Shown here piece by piece: positions 1 to 10,445 of a stretch of 64,000 nucleotides of DNA. How positions within the stretch are numbered: the stretch's first letter is position 1; every line of letters begins with the position of its first letter. The notes below the pieces were generated by a model that did not search any database, was not told the origin of the DNA, and was given only the letters and a program-made list of their open reading frames with translations. This DNA is from a virus. The position numbers and the translations under genes are program-made. Location: positions 14,387 through 78,386 of IMG/VR virus record IMGVR_UViG_3300020463_000013, one strand, 5' to 3'.

Positions 1-1
1 A

Positions 2-622
2 ATATTAGATTATTATGATTTTGGAATAACTTTTTGCGGACAAATTTCAGATCCTATATATCATCCAAAATTTTTAGACTTATTAAAAATGTGTGATGGA
101 CAAGGAAAAGCAGTACGAATAGCTACAGTTGGTAGCGGCAAAAAAGACGAATGGTGGGAAGAAGCATATAGTTATGGTGTAGGAGAAAATGCTTGGTACT
201 TCGGAGTTGATGGCATTGATGAAAAAAGTGAACTTTACCGTATTGGGTCAAAGTTTACTGATGTTTGGCAACGTATGAAGCAAGGTAGAGACGCAGGACA
301 CACTATTGTTTGGCAATATATTATTTTTGGTTATAACGAACACGAAGTTGACGAAGCTATTGAAATAGCAAAACAAGAAGATTTTGCTTTACTATTAGTT
401 AATACTAATAGAGGATTTAATCCTGATAGTCCATTGCTAAGGAAAAATGTAAACTTTAAACTTACATCACCAGATAAAAAACATTTACAAGAAAGAGTAA
501 AAAAAGAATATTGGGGACATAAGTCCGAAGCGTTAGAAAGATGGCACAGATTTGGTTCTAAACGTCATACAAAGTTTGGATCGCCTGCGATCGATCCTAT
601 AAAGGATTACAAAAATGTTTAA
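2..622 (+). CDS. Radical SAM-like protein, 5'-truncated by the window edge
   Basis: Frame is open from base 2 (ILDYYDFGITFCGQISDPIYHPKF...), upstream of the listed Met at 89. FCGQISDP sits where GGEP lies in radical SAM cores, followed by FGVDG and WQYIIFGYNEHEV. CxxxCxxC would lie upstream of the window. Confidence 0.6.
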   Translation: MLDYYDFGITFCGQISDPIYHPKFLDLLKMCDGQGKAVRIATVGSGKKDEWWEEAYSYGVGENAWYFGVDGIDEKSELYRIGSKFTDVWQRMKQGRDAGHTIVWQYIIFGYNEHEVDEAIEIAKQEDFALLLVNTNRGFNPDSPLLRKNVNFKLTSPDKKHLQERVKKEYWGHKSEALERWHRFGSKRHTKFGSPAIDPIKDYKNV

Positions 623-1370
623 CCAAGATTTAATAGGATCAGAATTCGCAGATGTTACTGTCAAATGGGATGGCGGCAATGATACAAATAAATTTTATTT
701 TCAGAAAAAAAGAGAACTAGGACTTAGTTGGTATTACTTTGATAAAAAAATTACTTACAAGTATAATAAAAATGGATTTAGAGCACCAGAATTTGACACT
801 ATAGACTGGGCAAACAGCATAGTGGTTATAGGTTGTAGCAACATATGTGGTATAGCAAACTTAATTGAAGATTCGGTGCCTAGTGTACTACAAGACATTA
901 CAGGCATACCTACTGTAAATTTAGGAATAAGTGGATCTGCTATAGATCATGCTTGCTGGAATAGTTTAGTACTACATGAACACTATCCTCATCCTAAGGC
1001 AATAGTTCAATGTTGGTCAAGCACACGTAGATACACAGACTTCTTACCAGTAGGACAGGTAAATGCAACTTATCCTATTTTTGGCGACAGTATGTGTCCC
1101 AGTAATGTGCAACCATGGAAGGCGCATTATTGTGTGAAGCACAGTTGGGAATTAAGATCTAAGTTTTATGTCCACGCAGATAGAGTGCTATGGAAAAATA
1201 AAACAGCATATTTTGAATCAACTTTTTTTCCGCATAGTGCAGAACAGTTAGAAGTTCCTTTAGTCGAAGAGGTAGACAAAGGAAGAGATTGCAATCATCC
1301 AGGATACAAATCATGTAGATTAATGGCCGAATTGATTGCAGATAATTTAGCAAAGCAAGGTGTAAAATGA
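615..1370 (+). CDS. SGNH/GDSL-like hydrolase or acyltransferase
   Basis: Block I VIGCSNICG, block II NLGISGS, C-terminal DCNHPG (DxxH). Confidence 0.6.
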   Translation: MFNQDLIGSEFADVTVKWDGGNDTNKFYFQKKRELGLSWYYFDKKITYKYNKNGFRAPEFDTIDWANSIVVIGCSNICGIANLIEDSVPSVLQDITGIPTVNLGISGSAIDHACWNSLVLHEHYPHPKAIVQCWSSTRRYTDFLPVGQVNATYPIFGDSMCPSNVQPWKAHYCVKHSWELRSKFYVHADRVLWKNKTAYFESTFFPHSAEQLEVPLVEEVDKGRDCNHPGYKSCRLMAELIADNLAKQGVK

Positions 1371-2446
1371 TATCATACGACGGTTGGGATAGAGAATACC
1401 AAGAAAATAGATCAGCGTACTTAGACATATTTGACGGTTTTATGTCTCAGTTAAATTATGAAAACAATGAAGAATTTGAAAACAATTTTGCAAGACGTAT
1501 AGGAAAAAATTATTGTGTAAGTGTTGCTAGTGCTACAGATGCACTTCATTTTGCATTACTAGCTCACAACATAGGTTTTGAAGACGAAGTGTTAGTAACT
1601 GATTTTAGTTGGATAAGCAGTAGTGCTGTTGTGAGTCTAGTTGGAGCTACTCCTGTTTTTTGCGATATAGATCTTGATAGCTACCATATGTCTCTTGAAA
1701 GTATAAAACGTATGTATTCGGATAAGGTAAAAGCAATTATATATCCACACTTGTTTGGTAACATGACTGATACTTCTGAAATCCGGCAATTCTGTAAGCA
1801 ACATAATATTCTGTTTATTGAAGATGCTGCACAAAGTCTTGGTAGTAGTCTACACGGTAATAAAGCAGGTACTATCGGCGATATAAGTGTGTATAGTTTT
1901 AACAGCAACAAAGTCATAGCAGGTGTGAATGGCGGTGGAGTAGTGCTAACTGATAATGAAGATGTTGCGAAGCGTATAAAGATGATACGGAGACATGGTA
2001 AAGACAAAGACTTTAGTATGTTAGGTTATAACAGCCGCATGTACGTATTAAATGCTTTAGTAATAAATCAAAGATTGAAACATGCAGATAGAAATCAAGA
2101 GCGTAGACAATCTATAGCAAATACATATAACAATGCCTTTGATGGATTGCCATTGATAACACAAAAAATGTCTAACGGCCTAAACCATAATTATCACAAG
2201 TATGTTGTGCGTTTTGAGGATAAAGATACTAGAAAGCGTGTGAAAGATGCTTTAAAAGCTTCTATACACTACGAAACACCTTTGAGCCGTAATACTATGT
2301 ATAATGACATATACTACCGCAGTGACGCTTGTACAGCTAGTAATCATGCTTCTAGGACTGTATTATCGTTGCCAATACACGCTTGGCTTCAACAAGATGA
2401 AGTGCAGAGTGTTATAGGTACAGTCAAAGATGCTATACAAAAATAA
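1367..2446 (+). CDS. DegT/DnrJ/EryC1/StrS PLP-dependent sugar aminotransferase
   Basis: SATDALH, GATPVFCDID, HLFG, EDAAQSLG, SFNSNK (PLP lysine), GYNSRM, LSLPIH. Confidence 0.92.
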   Translation: MISYDGWDREYQENRSAYLDIFDGFMSQLNYENNEEFENNFARRIGKNYCVSVASATDALHFALLAHNIGFEDEVLVTDFSWISSSAVVSLVGATPVFCDIDLDSYHMSLESIKRMYSDKVKAIIYPHLFGNMTDTSEIRQFCKQHNILFIEDAAQSLGSSLHGNKAGTIGDISVYSFNSNKVIAGVNGGGVVLTDNEDVAKRIKMIRRHGKDKDFSMLGYNSRMYVLNALVINQRLKHADRNQERRQSIANTYNNAFDGLPLITQKMSNGLNHNYHKYVVRFEDKDTRKRVKDALKASIHYETPLSRNTMYNDIYYRSDACTASNHASRTVLSLPIHAWLQQDEVQSVIGTVKDAIQK

Positions 2447-3083
2447 ATTTGGTACTGTAAACATTTTGCAGGACGAAGTATTTTATAATAACAAGACAAT
2501 AGGCATTTCTATGTCAGGAGGAGCAGATAGCACAATGCTGTGCTATTTACTAGCAAATACAATACAATCACGGAATCTAAATATAGAAATACAACCTTAC
2601 AATGGATATGATATTTCAGTGCCTGCTGACTCAGCTGGCCTTCCTAATATTATTTCTTTTATACAAAACAAGTTTCCTAGTGTAAAGTTACATTGGCCTA
2701 TTGCTTGTGTATATGAGACAAAAGGTGCTGATATAAAAAATACATACATACGTCCTTTAATAGAAAGATTGTGTGAAAATAAAATAGTAGACGAAGTCAT
2801 ACAGGCAGTCTGTCTTGGTCCTCCAAAAGATGTGCAAGAAGGATTTGTTGGAGAAGACTATTTCCGTAGGCCAGGGTATGCTCTATGGGAAGAAGTTGCC
2901 GAAGCAAAAAACCATGCACCTTTTGTAAATGTAGATAAAAGATTTATAGCACAATCGTATATAGATTTAAACATATTAGAACTTTTAGACTATACTAATT
3001 CGTGCGTCAGGCCAGGAGGAGATTGTGGCAAGTGTTGGTGGTGTCAAGAACGTGCATGGGCTATACAAGAAGCAAATAAGTAA
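2430..3083 (+). CDS. QueC-like PP-loop ATPase
   Basis: SMSGGADS PP-loop, PFVNVDK, and C-terminal SC-x5-CGKCWWCQER zinc motif as in QueC. Confidence 0.7.
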   Translation: MLYKNKFGTVNILQDEVFYNNKTIGISMSGGADSTMLCYLLANTIQSRNLNIEIQPYNGYDISVPADSAGLPNIISFIQNKFPSVKLHWPIACVYETKGADIKNTYIRPLIERLCENKIVDEVIQAVCLGPPKDVQEGFVGEDYFRRPGYALWEEVAEAKNHAPFVNVDKRFIAQSYIDLNILELLDYTNSCVRPGGDCGKCWWCQERAWAIQEANK

Positions 3084-3089
3084 AGTAAC

Positions 3090-4442
3090 ATGACAGATAA
3101 ATTAGCTAAACATATTACAAAAGGTGGCCCAGGAGATGCTTATCTAGGAGATGGAAAAGTAGACACTAGTTCTTGGTTTCAAGAATTTCCTTTGTTAGAA
3201 GATCAAATTAGAAATCAAGATATATGGTTTTGTAGTGCGCCTTTCCAATTATTGTATACCAGTACAAGAGGTGAACTCCAGCCTTGCTCTTGGGCTATAG
3301 AAGGATACGGACCAAATATAAAAGATGTGAAACTTACCGATTATTTTACGCACGACGAAACACTTAACAAAATGCGTAAAGAAATGACTACTCCTGGTAG
3401 CGATTTAGAAACTTGCAAAACAATCTGTAAAAACTGTTTGTATCAAGAAGCAGAATATGGAAGATCGAGACGGCAAGCCTCACTCAAAATACAAACTAAC
3501 GACAGGGGTATATGGCCTGGTATTAGAAATGCAGTTGATGTATACAAAAAAACAGGCAAAGGCAGAATTACAGAAAGAATATTTGAAGTACAAGTAAAAG
3601 CCTTTGGCAATCAATGTAATCTTGATTGCTATATGTGTATACCTTATGATTCTAGCACAAGACTAAAAACAATTCATTCGAAAGACTTACAGCAAGAAAA
3701 CATATTTTCTGAATATGCTAAAACACCTATTCAAAATTTTAAAAAAGACAAGCTCGAAGATGTAATTGATCAAATTGTTGCTGTAGCTCCCTATATACGT
3801 AACCTAAAATTTATTGGCGGCGAACCACTGGTGATGAAACAGTTTTATGATTTATTAGAAAAAATAGTGGCTACAGGATATGCTGATGGTATGTTTGTTA
3901 AATATCAAACAAACATGACTGTGCTTGAATTTGAAAAAATAAAACTTACAAAGTTTATTCCAGAATTTGAATTGTTTGAATTTACTATATCACTTGACGG
4001 AATGGGAAAATGGAACGATTATATTAGACGTAGATCTAGTTGGGAAAATATTTCAGAAAACATTAATACTGTGTTAAAATATCCTAATGTTAGAGTAAAT
4101 ATTAATGGAACAATTTCTTTTTTAAGTGTGTTAAGGTTTTATAAACTAATAGAATGGTTTGAACAAAATGATGACAGACTTGAACAAGTAAATTGGTCAA
4201 ACATAAGAGGACCAGCTAAATTGTGTGCAAATGTGTTACCTGAAAAAATAAAACAAAAACTTATTCCATTATACAGTAATTTTCCAGATATTGTAAATGT
4301 TTTAAAACAAGATTCGGGTGGAATCGATTATCAGGACACTTTAAAATATTTGTTAATGATAGATAATCATTACAGAGGAACAAAATGGGAGATGGAACTG
4401 TTTGACGTGTTTCCAGAACTAGAGGAGCATTACAATGAGTAA
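3090..4442 (+). CDS. Radical SAM protein with N-terminal twitch/SPASM-like Cys region
   Basis: CNLDCYMC, GGEPL, YQTN, ISLDG...YIR; N-terminal FCSAPF...QPC...CKNC. Confidence 0.9.
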   Translation: MTDKLAKHITKGGPGDAYLGDGKVDTSSWFQEFPLLEDQIRNQDIWFCSAPFQLLYTSTRGELQPCSWAIEGYGPNIKDVKLTDYFTHDETLNKMRKEMTTPGSDLETCKTICKNCLYQEAEYGRSRRQASLKIQTNDRGIWPGIRNAVDVYKKTGKGRITERIFEVQVKAFGNQCNLDCYMCIPYDSSTRLKTIHSKDLQQENIFSEYAKTPIQNFKKDKLEDVIDQIVAVAPYIRNLKFIGGEPLVMKQFYDLLEKIVATGYADGMFVKYQTNMTVLEFEKIKLTKFIPEFELFEFTISLDGMGKWNDYIRRRSSWENISENINTVLKYPNVRVNINGTISFLSVLRFYKLIEWFEQNDDRLEQVNWSNIRGPAKLCANVLPEKIKQKLIPLYSNFPDIVNVLKQDSGGIDYQDTLKYLLMIDNHYRGTKWEMELFDVFPELEEHYNE

Positions 4443-5139
4443 AATGGAGAAAAAACTTTTAAAGCTGTTAGATAGTAGAAAGCATGTGTGGGGGTTTGAT
4501 ACAGAAAATATTCCAGAACAAAGCCTAGTGAACGAATGCTTAACTAAAGCATGGAAAGTTACACCATCAAAAAATAATTTTATGCCCTATCATGTAAATG
4601 TAATAGGGCCTGGTCCTGAAAATCAAATACTAAAAGATAAGATACATGGGCTATCAAAACTAAACAAGAGAAGAACAAATATAAGGCACAATGTAAACAA
4701 CATCGAAAATTACGACGAAGACGGAAGTAATCCTAATTTTTTATTCTACAATACAGCTCCTTATGTTTTAATTTTTAGTCAGAGAGCTGCCAAACCTAAT
4801 CCGTTTATAGAACAAACTATTGTACATCTAAATGACATATATGAACAGATGCATGAAGATCTGTTCGATGATATTGCAGGCACTACCTGTATTGAAATTG
4901 GTATGTTTATGCAGAATGCTACTGCGTTCTTGTTGGAAAAAGGAATAGATACTACTTACATAAAATGTTATCCATTTGAATATTCGCTTTGGAAGCCAGA
5001 TTTTCCTTTTTTAGGTGGACCTGTTATGCTTATTGCAGGATTAGGATATAGCAAATCATCAAGGAGAGAGGGTATGAACGAAAAACAATCCAAAATGGAT
5101 TATAAGCCAGAACCAGAAGAGATAATAAAGTATATATAA
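4435..5139 (+). CDS. Nitroreductase-like (FMN-binding) protein
   Basis: N-terminal SRKHVWGF, TPSKNNFMPY (equivalent of APSxxNxQPW), EIGMF...GIDT, GLGY. Confidence 0.6.
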   Translation: MSKMEKKLLKLLDSRKHVWGFDTENIPEQSLVNECLTKAWKVTPSKNNFMPYHVNVIGPGPENQILKDKIHGLSKLNKRRTNIRHNVNNIENYDEDGSNPNFLFYNTAPYVLIFSQRAAKPNPFIEQTIVHLNDIYEQMHEDLFDDIAGTTCIEIGMFMQNATAFLLEKGIDTTYIKCYPFEYSLWKPDFPFLGGPVMLIAGLGYSKSSRREGMNEKQSKMDYKPEPEEIIKYI

Positions 5140-5140
5140 A

Positions 5141-5707
5141 ATGAAATTAAAGAAACTAGTATTATTAATAGATTTTCATGGACATCCTCAGTGGGACAAT
5201 AACGATCATGATAATAACCTACGCTATGCACATTTAAGAGAAATGATGTTTAGAACTAAAGGAGAATGGATTGTTATGTCAGACCATCATCCTAAGGATG
5301 AAGCTATTCAAGAAATACGCAAGTTGGTAAAAATTGAGGGTAAACATCCTTGGATAGATATAGACTATGATGAGCTCAAGGAACCTTGTCCTCCTCCTGT
5401 ACAAATAATAGAAAAAGTAAAAAGAGAAACGGATCAACCTTTTGTAAAGAATCATATTATAATAGGTGGATGTAACACAGCAGGTTGTGTGTTAGACGCA
5501 AGGTGTTATTCTGCAGTCGCCTGGGCTAAACTTGGTTGGAATGTTAAAGTACACTTACCATTATGTGCAGACTATCAAAAATTTGGAACTACTGCCGCAG
5601 AACGTAATATGTTTGCTTATGCCGCATTTGACCAAACAATTAAGAATCACGGGCTACATAATAATGTAATGATGACTGCTGGACGTAGCGGTTTAGAATT
5701 GAAATAA
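5141..5707 (+). CDS. Isochorismatase/cysteine hydrolase-like protein
   Basis: LLIDFH near the N-terminus and IIGGCNTAGCV (GxxTxxCV catalytic Cys motif). Confidence 0.5.
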   Translation: MKLKKLVLLIDFHGHPQWDNNDHDNNLRYAHLREMMFRTKGEWIVMSDHHPKDEAIQEIRKLVKIEGKHPWIDIDYDELKEPCPPPVQIIEKVKRETDQPFVKNHIIIGGCNTAGCVLDARCYSAVAWAKLGWNVKVHLPLCADYQKFGTTAAERNMFAYAAFDQTIKNHGLHNNVMMTAGRSGLELK

Positions 5708-5717
5708 AGGTAAAATT

Positions 5718-8006
5718 ATGAAAATTACACACGGTGATCAGACAATAGATTTATTTCCAAATGAAATACCTGAAGTTTGTCCTATAAGTTTATCAGGAGG
5801 TTTAGACTCAGCAAGTCTTATGTACTTAGTGTCAACCCATTTTCCGGACATACAACTTATACCATATACATGTTTAGATCTAAACGCACCTAAAGATGCT
5901 GATGCTGCCAAAGAAATTGTAGAATGGATGCAAAAAAAGTTTCCAAAAAACAATATCCCCGACATTGAAATATATCCGTTCAACGATAAGAACGAAGATT
6001 ATGTAACGTTTGAGCAATGTGATGCTACAATAGAAAAATATCCCCAATTCAAAGGTATGCGTCGCCGTCAAGTATCAAAAATTATCCAGGTTGATCAAAT
6101 AAGTTGGCAAATGATGAAAAGGTTTCCAGGATGTATTAGATTAGACGGTATGACAAGGAATCCGCCTAAAGAAGAAATGGAGGCAGGAAATTTTTGGCAC
6201 AAGGCAGAAAGACGTAGAGACAAAGAAGCAGAATACATAGAACCTTGGAGGCCAAACAAAAAACATCCTGCTTTAAGTATCTATCAACCTTATTGCAATG
6301 TAGATAAAAAATTTGTAGCAGGTGTATACATAGAAAATGACCTAATGGACGATTTGTTTCCTATGACAAGATCATGTGTTGGAACTAGTCCTAAACTTAC
6401 AAAAGATTTTACCGTAGAATGCAAAGAGTGTTTTTGGTGTGAAGAAAAAGCCTGGGCTTTTGACTGGGATGTTGATGCACTTCCTATAACTTGGTCTGAA
6501 CCTCCGTCACATCTAACAAAAGGTGGACCTGGAGATAAAAGCAGGCCAGGTAATGTAAGTACAGCCACTTGGTTCAATTATATGGACGAAACAGGTAAAA
6601 AAAAAGCCCGAGAAAAAGATAGTATTGTAAGCCTTGCAAAATCTCAAGAAATATTTTTTTGTGATATTCCATTTAATCAAATCTATTCAGAAATAGATGG
6701 AAATTACGGAGCATGCTGTTTTGCTAGAAAAAGTGGCGTAATGGTAGACGAAGTTTCTTTAGAAGATTGGATGGAAAACAGTGAGTACATGAATTCAATT
6801 AGGAAAGAAATGCTTACTCCTGGATCCGACCTTAAGGCTGTAAAAAACTATTGTGAAAGATGTGTATCAGACGAAGAAAGGTATGGACGAAGTAGACGCA
6901 CTAATTGTCTAAAAATACACACAAATGATCCACCTTTCTGGAACAAGATAGAATCCAAAGTTAGTAAATTTAGAAAGACTGGCAAATTTTATATACGTAA
7001 TTCTAAATATACTGAGTTACATGGATTACCATTTGAACATAGCGAGCGTATATTTGAAATTCAGTTAAAAATTTACGGATCTGAATGTAACCTAGATTGT
7101 TATATGTGTGATTATTCAAATTCAACTACACGTATGAAGAGTATGGAAAAAGGTGTAATTACTCCTGAAATTTGGGGATCAGAATATGCAAATAAACCAG
7201 ATGGATATTTCAAAGATGTATTGAGAGATAAAACAAAAGGTAATATTGAACAAATTATAGAACTAGCACCTTACACAAGAAGTATAAAACTTATAGGTGG
7301 TGAACCTTTGATTATGAAAAAGCAATACGAAATGCTTAACGCCCTAGTAGAAGGTGGCCATGCTGACAAAATTAGATTAAAATACCAAACTAATCTCACA
7401 GAAACAAAAGCCGGTAAACATAATCTGTTAAAGTATATTCCAAAGTTTGACCATGTTGCTGTAGTAGCATCCGTTGATGGAATAGGTAAAACTATAGAAT
7501 ATATGCGGAGACGTACTGATTGGAATAAAGTTGTAAAAAATATCGAATTGTGTAATCAATATGATAATGCTGTAGTAGACTTTAATGCACTTGTATCTTT
7601 TCTAAGTGTTTTAAGATTTTATGAAGTAATAGACTGGTGTAAAGAAAATCCTGTGATAGATCAACTTAACTGGGCTATGCTAGAATATCCATATCCATTA
7701 CGCCCCAATAATTTACCTAAACCAATTAAAGATGAACTTATTCCTAAGTACAAAGACTGGCCGGATATTGTTGCTATACTTGAAAAACCAGCTGATCCAA
7801 ATGTTGACCTTCAAGATATTTTTGAATATTTGATACTACAAGATCTATACTATAAAGGAACCAAATGGGAAATGAATTTGTTTGATGTATTTCCTGAGCT
7901 AGAACCTTATTACAAACCAAGGAAGATGACAAAACAAAGAACACGTACGATTGCATCTTGGAATAAGCAACAGATTGAATCTGATGCTGAAGAAATTTTA
8001 ATGTAA
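5718..8006 (+). CDS. Fusion of QueC-like PP-loop domain and twitch-radical SAM domain
   Basis: N-half: SLSGGLDS and RSC...CKECFWCEEK. C-half: FCDIPF...GACC...CERC, CNLDCYMC, GGEPL, ASVDG. Confidence 0.88.
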   Translation: MKITHGDQTIDLFPNEIPEVCPISLSGGLDSASLMYLVSTHFPDIQLIPYTCLDLNAPKDADAAKEIVEWMQKKFPKNNIPDIEIYPFNDKNEDYVTFEQCDATIEKYPQFKGMRRRQVSKIIQVDQISWQMMKRFPGCIRLDGMTRNPPKEEMEAGNFWHKAERRRDKEAEYIEPWRPNKKHPALSIYQPYCNVDKKFVAGVYIENDLMDDLFPMTRSCVGTSPKLTKDFTVECKECFWCEEKAWAFDWDVDALPITWSEPPSHLTKGGPGDKSRPGNVSTATWFNYMDETGKKKAREKDSIVSLAKSQEIFFCDIPFNQIYSEIDGNYGACCFARKSGVMVDEVSLEDWMENSEYMNSIRKEMLTPGSDLKAVKNYCERCVSDEERYGRSRRTNCLKIHTNDPPFWNKIESKVSKFRKTGKFYIRNSKYTELHGLPFEHSERIFEIQLKIYGSECNLDCYMCDYSNSTTRMKSMEKGVITPEIWGSEYANKPDGYFKDVLRDKTKGNIEQIIELAPYTRSIKLIGGEPLIMKKQYEMLNALVEGGHADKIRLKYQTNLTETKAGKHNLLKYIPKFDHVAVVASVDGIGKTIEYMRRRTDWNKVVKNIELCNQYDNAVVDFNALVSFLSVLRFYEVIDWCKENPVIDQLNWAMLEYPYPLRPNNLPKPIKDELIPKYKDWPDIVAILEKPADPNVDLQDIFEYLILQDLYYKGTKWEMNLFDVFPELEPYYKPRKMTKQRTRTIASWNKQQIESDAEEILM

Positions 8007-8018
8007 ATAAGTTTATTA

Positions 8019-8047
8019 TTGACAAGCATTGTCAATTATGTTATATT
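8019..8047 (+). promoter_or_regulatory. Sigma70-type promoter with palindromic -35
   Basis: TTGACA (8019-24) -N17- TATATT (8042-47). ATTGACA-AGCAT-TGTCAAT inverted repeat at 8018-8036. Confidence 0.6.
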
Positions 8048-8082
8048 ATAATTGAACTTTGGAAAAAGGAACAAAAAGGTTT

Positions 8083-8934
8083 ATGACTCCTACACTTAAA
8101 GAGTTAAAAGGATCTGAGTACAGGACTGTAGATTTTTATCTATCAAAAAGTTGCAACAAAAGTTGTCATTACTGTACTGCTTGGACTCTACAAATGAGAA
8201 ATCTAAATGTAGATATGGACTTAGTCCGTACAATTCTACAAGGCCTTTCACCTTATAAAACAAGGATTTGTTTGCTAGGCGGCGAGCCTGGCCTTACAAA
8301 GAATTTAGATGAAGTAATTGCAGAAATTAAGAAACACGACAATCTTATTCCGCAAGTACTATCCAACAGTTTAGTTCGTAAGTTTTATCCACATATATTA
8401 GAAGATAGAGATATAATTTATATTGAACATCTTGTGCTAGATTTTTATGAAGACAAAATTGAAAAACTAGGAAATTATCCTTTTCTTCCAAAAAACGATC
8501 TTAATAACTATAATTTAATTATTGAGACACCGGGATATTTTAAATATAGAGACATGTTTGATTTGTCAGAAATAGATCACGAAAACACAGAATTTAAAGA
8601 ATACAATTCACGTTCTCCAGACTTTTTTACAGATCATGAACTAGTACAGGCACCTGAATTTGATAGACGTGTTTGTGCTAAATTTCCGCAAGTGCCTGTG
8701 TTTGATTTTGAAATATGTAAAATTAGACATTGTAGTAGAAAAGCAATAAATGGTTCACGTGAGTTTGATATCACTGTAGATAACATAACAAAAATGATGA
8801 ATTATGATTTGTTTGAATTTGAAAAATATTGTACAAAGTGTATGGACATTATTCCTAAACGTCCAAAAATGCGTAGAGATGAAATTGCAGGTAGAATTTC
8901 AAACGAAATAAACCTTTTAGATATAATGGCTTAA
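8083..8934 (+). CDS. Radical SAM protein (ATG at 8083 preferred over TTG at 8059)
   Basis: CNKSCHYC, LGGEPG, C-terminal C...HCS...YCTKC cluster; AAAGGT upstream of ATG 8083. Confidence 0.85.
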   Translation: MTPTLKELKGSEYRTVDFYLSKSCNKSCHYCTAWTLQMRNLNVDMDLVRTILQGLSPYKTRICLLGGEPGLTKNLDEVIAEIKKHDNLIPQVLSNSLVRKFYPHILEDRDIIYIEHLVLDFYEDKIEKLGNYPFLPKNDLNNYNLIIETPGYFKYRDMFDLSEIDHENTEFKEYNSRSPDFFTDHELVQAPEFDRRVCAKFPQVPVFDFEICKIRHCSRKAINGSREFDITVDNITKMMNYDLFEFEKYCTKCMDIIPKRPKMRRDEIAGRISNEINLLDIMA

Positions 8935-8936
8935 TT

Positions 8937-10445
8937 ATGGATATTTTTGCAGTAGCAGTAAACATTCACGATCACAACACATATGATGGTAAAGTGCATT
9001 TTCTTGCAGAAAGACACACAAGAGAAAAACACAACCTAAACAAAAGCAACCCACACGACCCTACACCAAGTAGAGAGTTTTACAAATCCTATATAGAACC
9101 CGGTTATCACACAGATAATAAGATATTTGCATTTACTGTAAGTAATTTAGGACAAGAATTTGTAATTGACTACTTAGAAAATACACTTAATGACAAGAGT
9201 TTCTTAGAATTTAATCCTACAAAACTATGGGATTATTACAAAACAAAAGATTATTATTACATAGATCATCACCAAAGCCATGCGGCATATGCATTTTTAA
9301 GTAGCGGTTTTACAGAAAGCGATATACTTGCTATAGACGGAAGAGGCTGGCAGTTTAATTGTGTGTTTATAGATAAAGAAGGTAATATAAACGACATAAG
9401 CGATAAAGTTTCGATAGGCGGATTGTGGAATAGGCTTTCTCAAGACTTAGGATTTGGTTATCTTGGTGCTGGCAAGACTATGGGTTTAGCAGGATATGGA
9501 AAATTTAATTTTGATGTATACGAAATGGTACACAAATATTTGAAAGATCCTAACCATAAACTCCCTCGCGGTAGTAGAGATATTTTAGAAAAGGTTGCTA
9601 GAGAAGACATTGCATTTACTCTACAAAAATATACTATAGACTTAATTAAAAAATACGTTTACCCTTTAAAGACAAGCGAAAATATTTGTATAGCAGGTGG
9701 TGTAGCATACAATGGTTATATGAATGAAGAATTTACAAAACATTATACCAATGTTCATGTACCACCTGCGGCAGGCGATGAAGGGCAAGCGTTAGGCACA
9801 TACATGCATGCCGACTATATGTTAAATAAAAATATTCATATGCCAACTGTATATTCAGGAGAGAAATATACAGTTGATGAAGATATATTTAAAGACTTAC
9901 AGTTTGAGAAAATGCCATTTGTAGAAATTTGTTCATTAGTAGCAGAAGCAATTGACAATGGACAAATTGTAGGTTGGTATCAAGGTTGTAGTGAGAGCGG
10001 TAACAGAGCTCTTGGTAATAGAAGCATACTTGCTGATCCTAGAGCAGATTATGTGCAAAAACAAATTAACGATACAATTAAATTGCGTGAAGACTTTCGT
10101 CCATTTGCACCAAGCGTACTCGAAGAGCACTATCAAGAATACTTTGATACTAACCAACCTAGTCCTTACATGAGTAGAATAATGCCTGTAATAAAAGATT
10201 CAATCCCAGGAGTTACTCATGTCGATGGTACTGCAAGAATACAAACTGTAAACAGAAAATTTAATCAAAGATATTATGATCTAATTAAAGCATTTTATGA
10301 TAGAACAGGAATACCTATGTTGTTAAACACAAGTTTTAATTGTCAAGAACCTATTGTTGAAACACCAAAAGATGCAGTGGATACATTTAAAAAATGTGGG
10401 CTACATTTACTGATTATAGATGATTATGTAGTGAGAAAAAAATAG
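8937..10445 (+). CDS. Carbamoyltransferase (NodU/CmcH/TobZ family)
   Basis: HHQSHAAY, IDGRG, GGVAYN, PAAGDEG, GNRALGNRSILADP, REDFRPFAPS, HVDGTARIQTV, LNTSFN..EPIVETP. Confidence 0.95.
   Translation: MDIFAVAVNIHDHNTYDGKVHFLAERHTREKHNLNKSNPHDPTPSREFYKSYIEPGYHTDNKIFAFTVSNLGQEFVIDYLENTLNDKSFLEFNPTKLWDYYKTKDYYYIDHHQSHAAYAFLSSGFTESDILAIDGRGWQFNCVFIDKEGNINDISDKVSIGGLWNRLSQDLGFGYLGAGKTMGLAGYGKFNFDVYEMVHKYLKDPNHKLPRGSRDILEKVAREDIAFTLQKYTIDLIKKYVYPLKTSENICIAGGVAYNGYMNEEFTKHYTNVHVPPAAGDEGQALGTYMHADYMLNKNIHMPTVYSGEKYTVDEDIFKDLQFEKMPFVEICSLVAEAIDNGQIVGWYQGCSESGNRALGNRSILADPRADYVQKQINDTIKLREDFRPFAPSVLEEHYQEYFDTNQPSPYMSRIMPVIKDSIPGVTHVDGTARIQTVNRKFNQRYYDLIKAFYDRTGIPMLLNTSFNCQEPIVETPKDAVDTFKKCGLHLLIIDDYVVRKK

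Noticed and set aside
2430-8006. Complete 7-deazaguanine DNA modification pathway
   Set aside because: Only QueC-like domains are seen; no FolE, QueD, clear QueE or DpdA in the window, so the queC symbol was not assigned.
8059-8082. TTG start for the radical SAM gene
   Set aside because: Lies only a few bases after the predicted TSS; the ATG at 8083 has an SD-like AAAGGT and is more plausible.
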